A stretch of DNA of 64,000 bases from Paramoeba atlantica (Eukaryota > Protista > Discosea), in NCBI GenBank assembly GCA_977017575.1, contig CDRNVI010000016.1:456165-520164 (forward strand), in the 5' to 3' direction. Below are positions 62,823 to 64,000 of this stretch, piece by piece. The position numbers were made by a program, and so were the translations under genes. The notes beneath the pieces were generated by a model. The model searched no databases. It saw only the letters and a list, made by a program, of their open reading frames with translations, and had not been told where the DNA came from. The stretch's first letter is position 1; every line of letters begins with the position of its first letter.

Positions 62823-63842
62823 TTAATACTTCGTAAGTCCCCCCTTCGCCCTAATTACTGCCCTTAAACGACGGGGCATGCTGCGGACAAGAGGAAGACA
62901 TGCACTCGGAGGAAGGCCTGCCCACGCTTTTTGGGCGCGTTCCCAAAGTTCCAACATTCCTACGGGAGGATCTGGATGATCCGCAGTCGACTTTTTGAGC
63001 TCGCCCCATAGGTGCTCTATGGGATTTAAATCGGGAGACTGCGGGGGCCAGTCTAGGACACACAATTCTTGTAAACGAAGGAATTCCCGGGCCTTCTTAC
63101 TCGTGTGCTTTGGATCATTATCTTGTTGGAAGATGATCCGGTCCTTCATGACTTCCAACTTGTGGAGGGAAGGAGACAAATTCTGTTGAAGTATTTGAAC
63201 GTATTGTTCAGCATTCATGTTGCCATGAACCAGAGCAATGGAGCCCACGCCGTGAGCCATCATACACCCCCATACCATGATGGATCCCCCACCGTACTTC
63301 ACGGTGCTGTGTGTATTTCGCTCTGAAAGTGCTTCCCCAAAGCTCACCCACGCCCACCGGCTGCCATTCGACTCGAAACGGCAGATCTTACTTTCATCAG
63401 TGAAAAGCACATGGCTCCAGTCGGCGTTCGTCCAATGCTCATACTTCTTTGCAAAGGCAAGACGTAGAGCTTTGTGACGCTTCGTAAGGTGGGGTTTCCG
63501 TAATTTCTTCTTCCCCTTCAAACCACGCTTCCGAAGGGAAACCCGAATGGTTTGGGGCGAAACATCTGCAACCCCCTCATCTCTCAACCTTTTACTGGTC
63601 GCGACTGCATCCTTAGTTGCACCGCTGGTGATGAGGCGGCGGACGCGATTGGAGCATGTCTCTGTAAGCTTGCGAGGGCGACCTGTTTTCGGTTTGTTAA
63701 CTAAGTTGGGTAGGTACTTTTTCTTAATGTTACTTACATTTCCTACGCTCAATTGTAGATCTGACGATACCTTCCGAATTGATAATCCGTTCTTTAGTTT
63801 TTCTATAACAAGCCTACGTAGATCACTGGGTGTACTGCGCAT
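62823..63842 (-). mobile_element. Intact Tc1-family DD34E transposase (339 aa from MRSTPS)
   Basis: HTH…GRPRKL, KPHLTKRHKALRLAFA, LFTDESK, GGGSIMVWGC, FQQDNDPKH, WPPQSPDLNPIEHLW; 34 residues between the second D and the E. Confidence 0.95.
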
Positions 63843-63899
63843 AAAAAGTATAGTAAATGGAGTAAGATTTTCTTTATTTACCTTGCGTTTCATTGCACT

Positions 63900-64000
63900 A
63901 TGCGCAGTACACCCAGTGATCTACGTAGGCTTGTTATAGAAAAACTAAAGAACGGATTATCAATTCGGAAGGTATCGTCAGATCTACAATTGAGCGTAGG
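63900..64000 (+). mobile_element. 5' end of a second, identical Tc1 transposase in inverted orientation (runs off the window)
   Basis: 63899-64000 is the exact reverse complement of 63742-63843 and translates MRSTPSDLRRLVIEKLKNGLSIRKVSSDLQLSV. Confidence 0.9.

Noticed and set aside
63547-63939. 130-aa plus-strand ORF across the palindrome centre
   Set aside because: Antisense to the transposase and simply reads through the spacer; no protein-like features.
1-64000. tRNA, rRNA or snoRNA genes
   Set aside because: GTTCGA hits (for example 2672, 5603, 42068) lack cloverleaf context, and no convincing C/D box pairs were seen. A covariance-model search would be needed to exclude small RNAs.

Overview
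Gene-dense, apparently intron-free eukaryotic nuclear DNA. About 32 host genes all lie on the + strand with short spacers, and many have a pyrimidine tract and an AG just before the ATG. This is the layout of a kinetoplastid-type polycistronic, trans-spliced gene cluster. A reduced kinetoplastid such as a Perkinsela-like endosymbiont is my inference from architecture and gene style, not from a database hit. Recognisable genes: HSP20, PUS10, mitochondrial MDH, CPSF160, PRP17/CDC40, NFU1, CHCH protein, RRP44/DIS3, FtsH-type AAA protease, Puf6-like, LPLAT acyltransferase, poly(A) polymerase, CLPTM1, two secreted cyclophilins, MAM33, eRF3, CMP-kinase-like, USE1-like and EME1-like. The only minus-strand coding sequences I can support are Tc1/mariner transposases: one decayed, and one intact DD34E copy fused head-to-head to a second copy as a perfect inverted repeat at the window end. 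Several long intergenic gaps hold previously unannotated TA-flanked non-autonomous elements; one has inserted into a coding sequence and rewritten its C-terminus. The least explained signal is a set of 0.5-1 kb GC-rich islands inside coding sequences whose synonymous sites flip from C-rich to G-rich at the island centre. All family calls are by eye from motifs; no searches were run.
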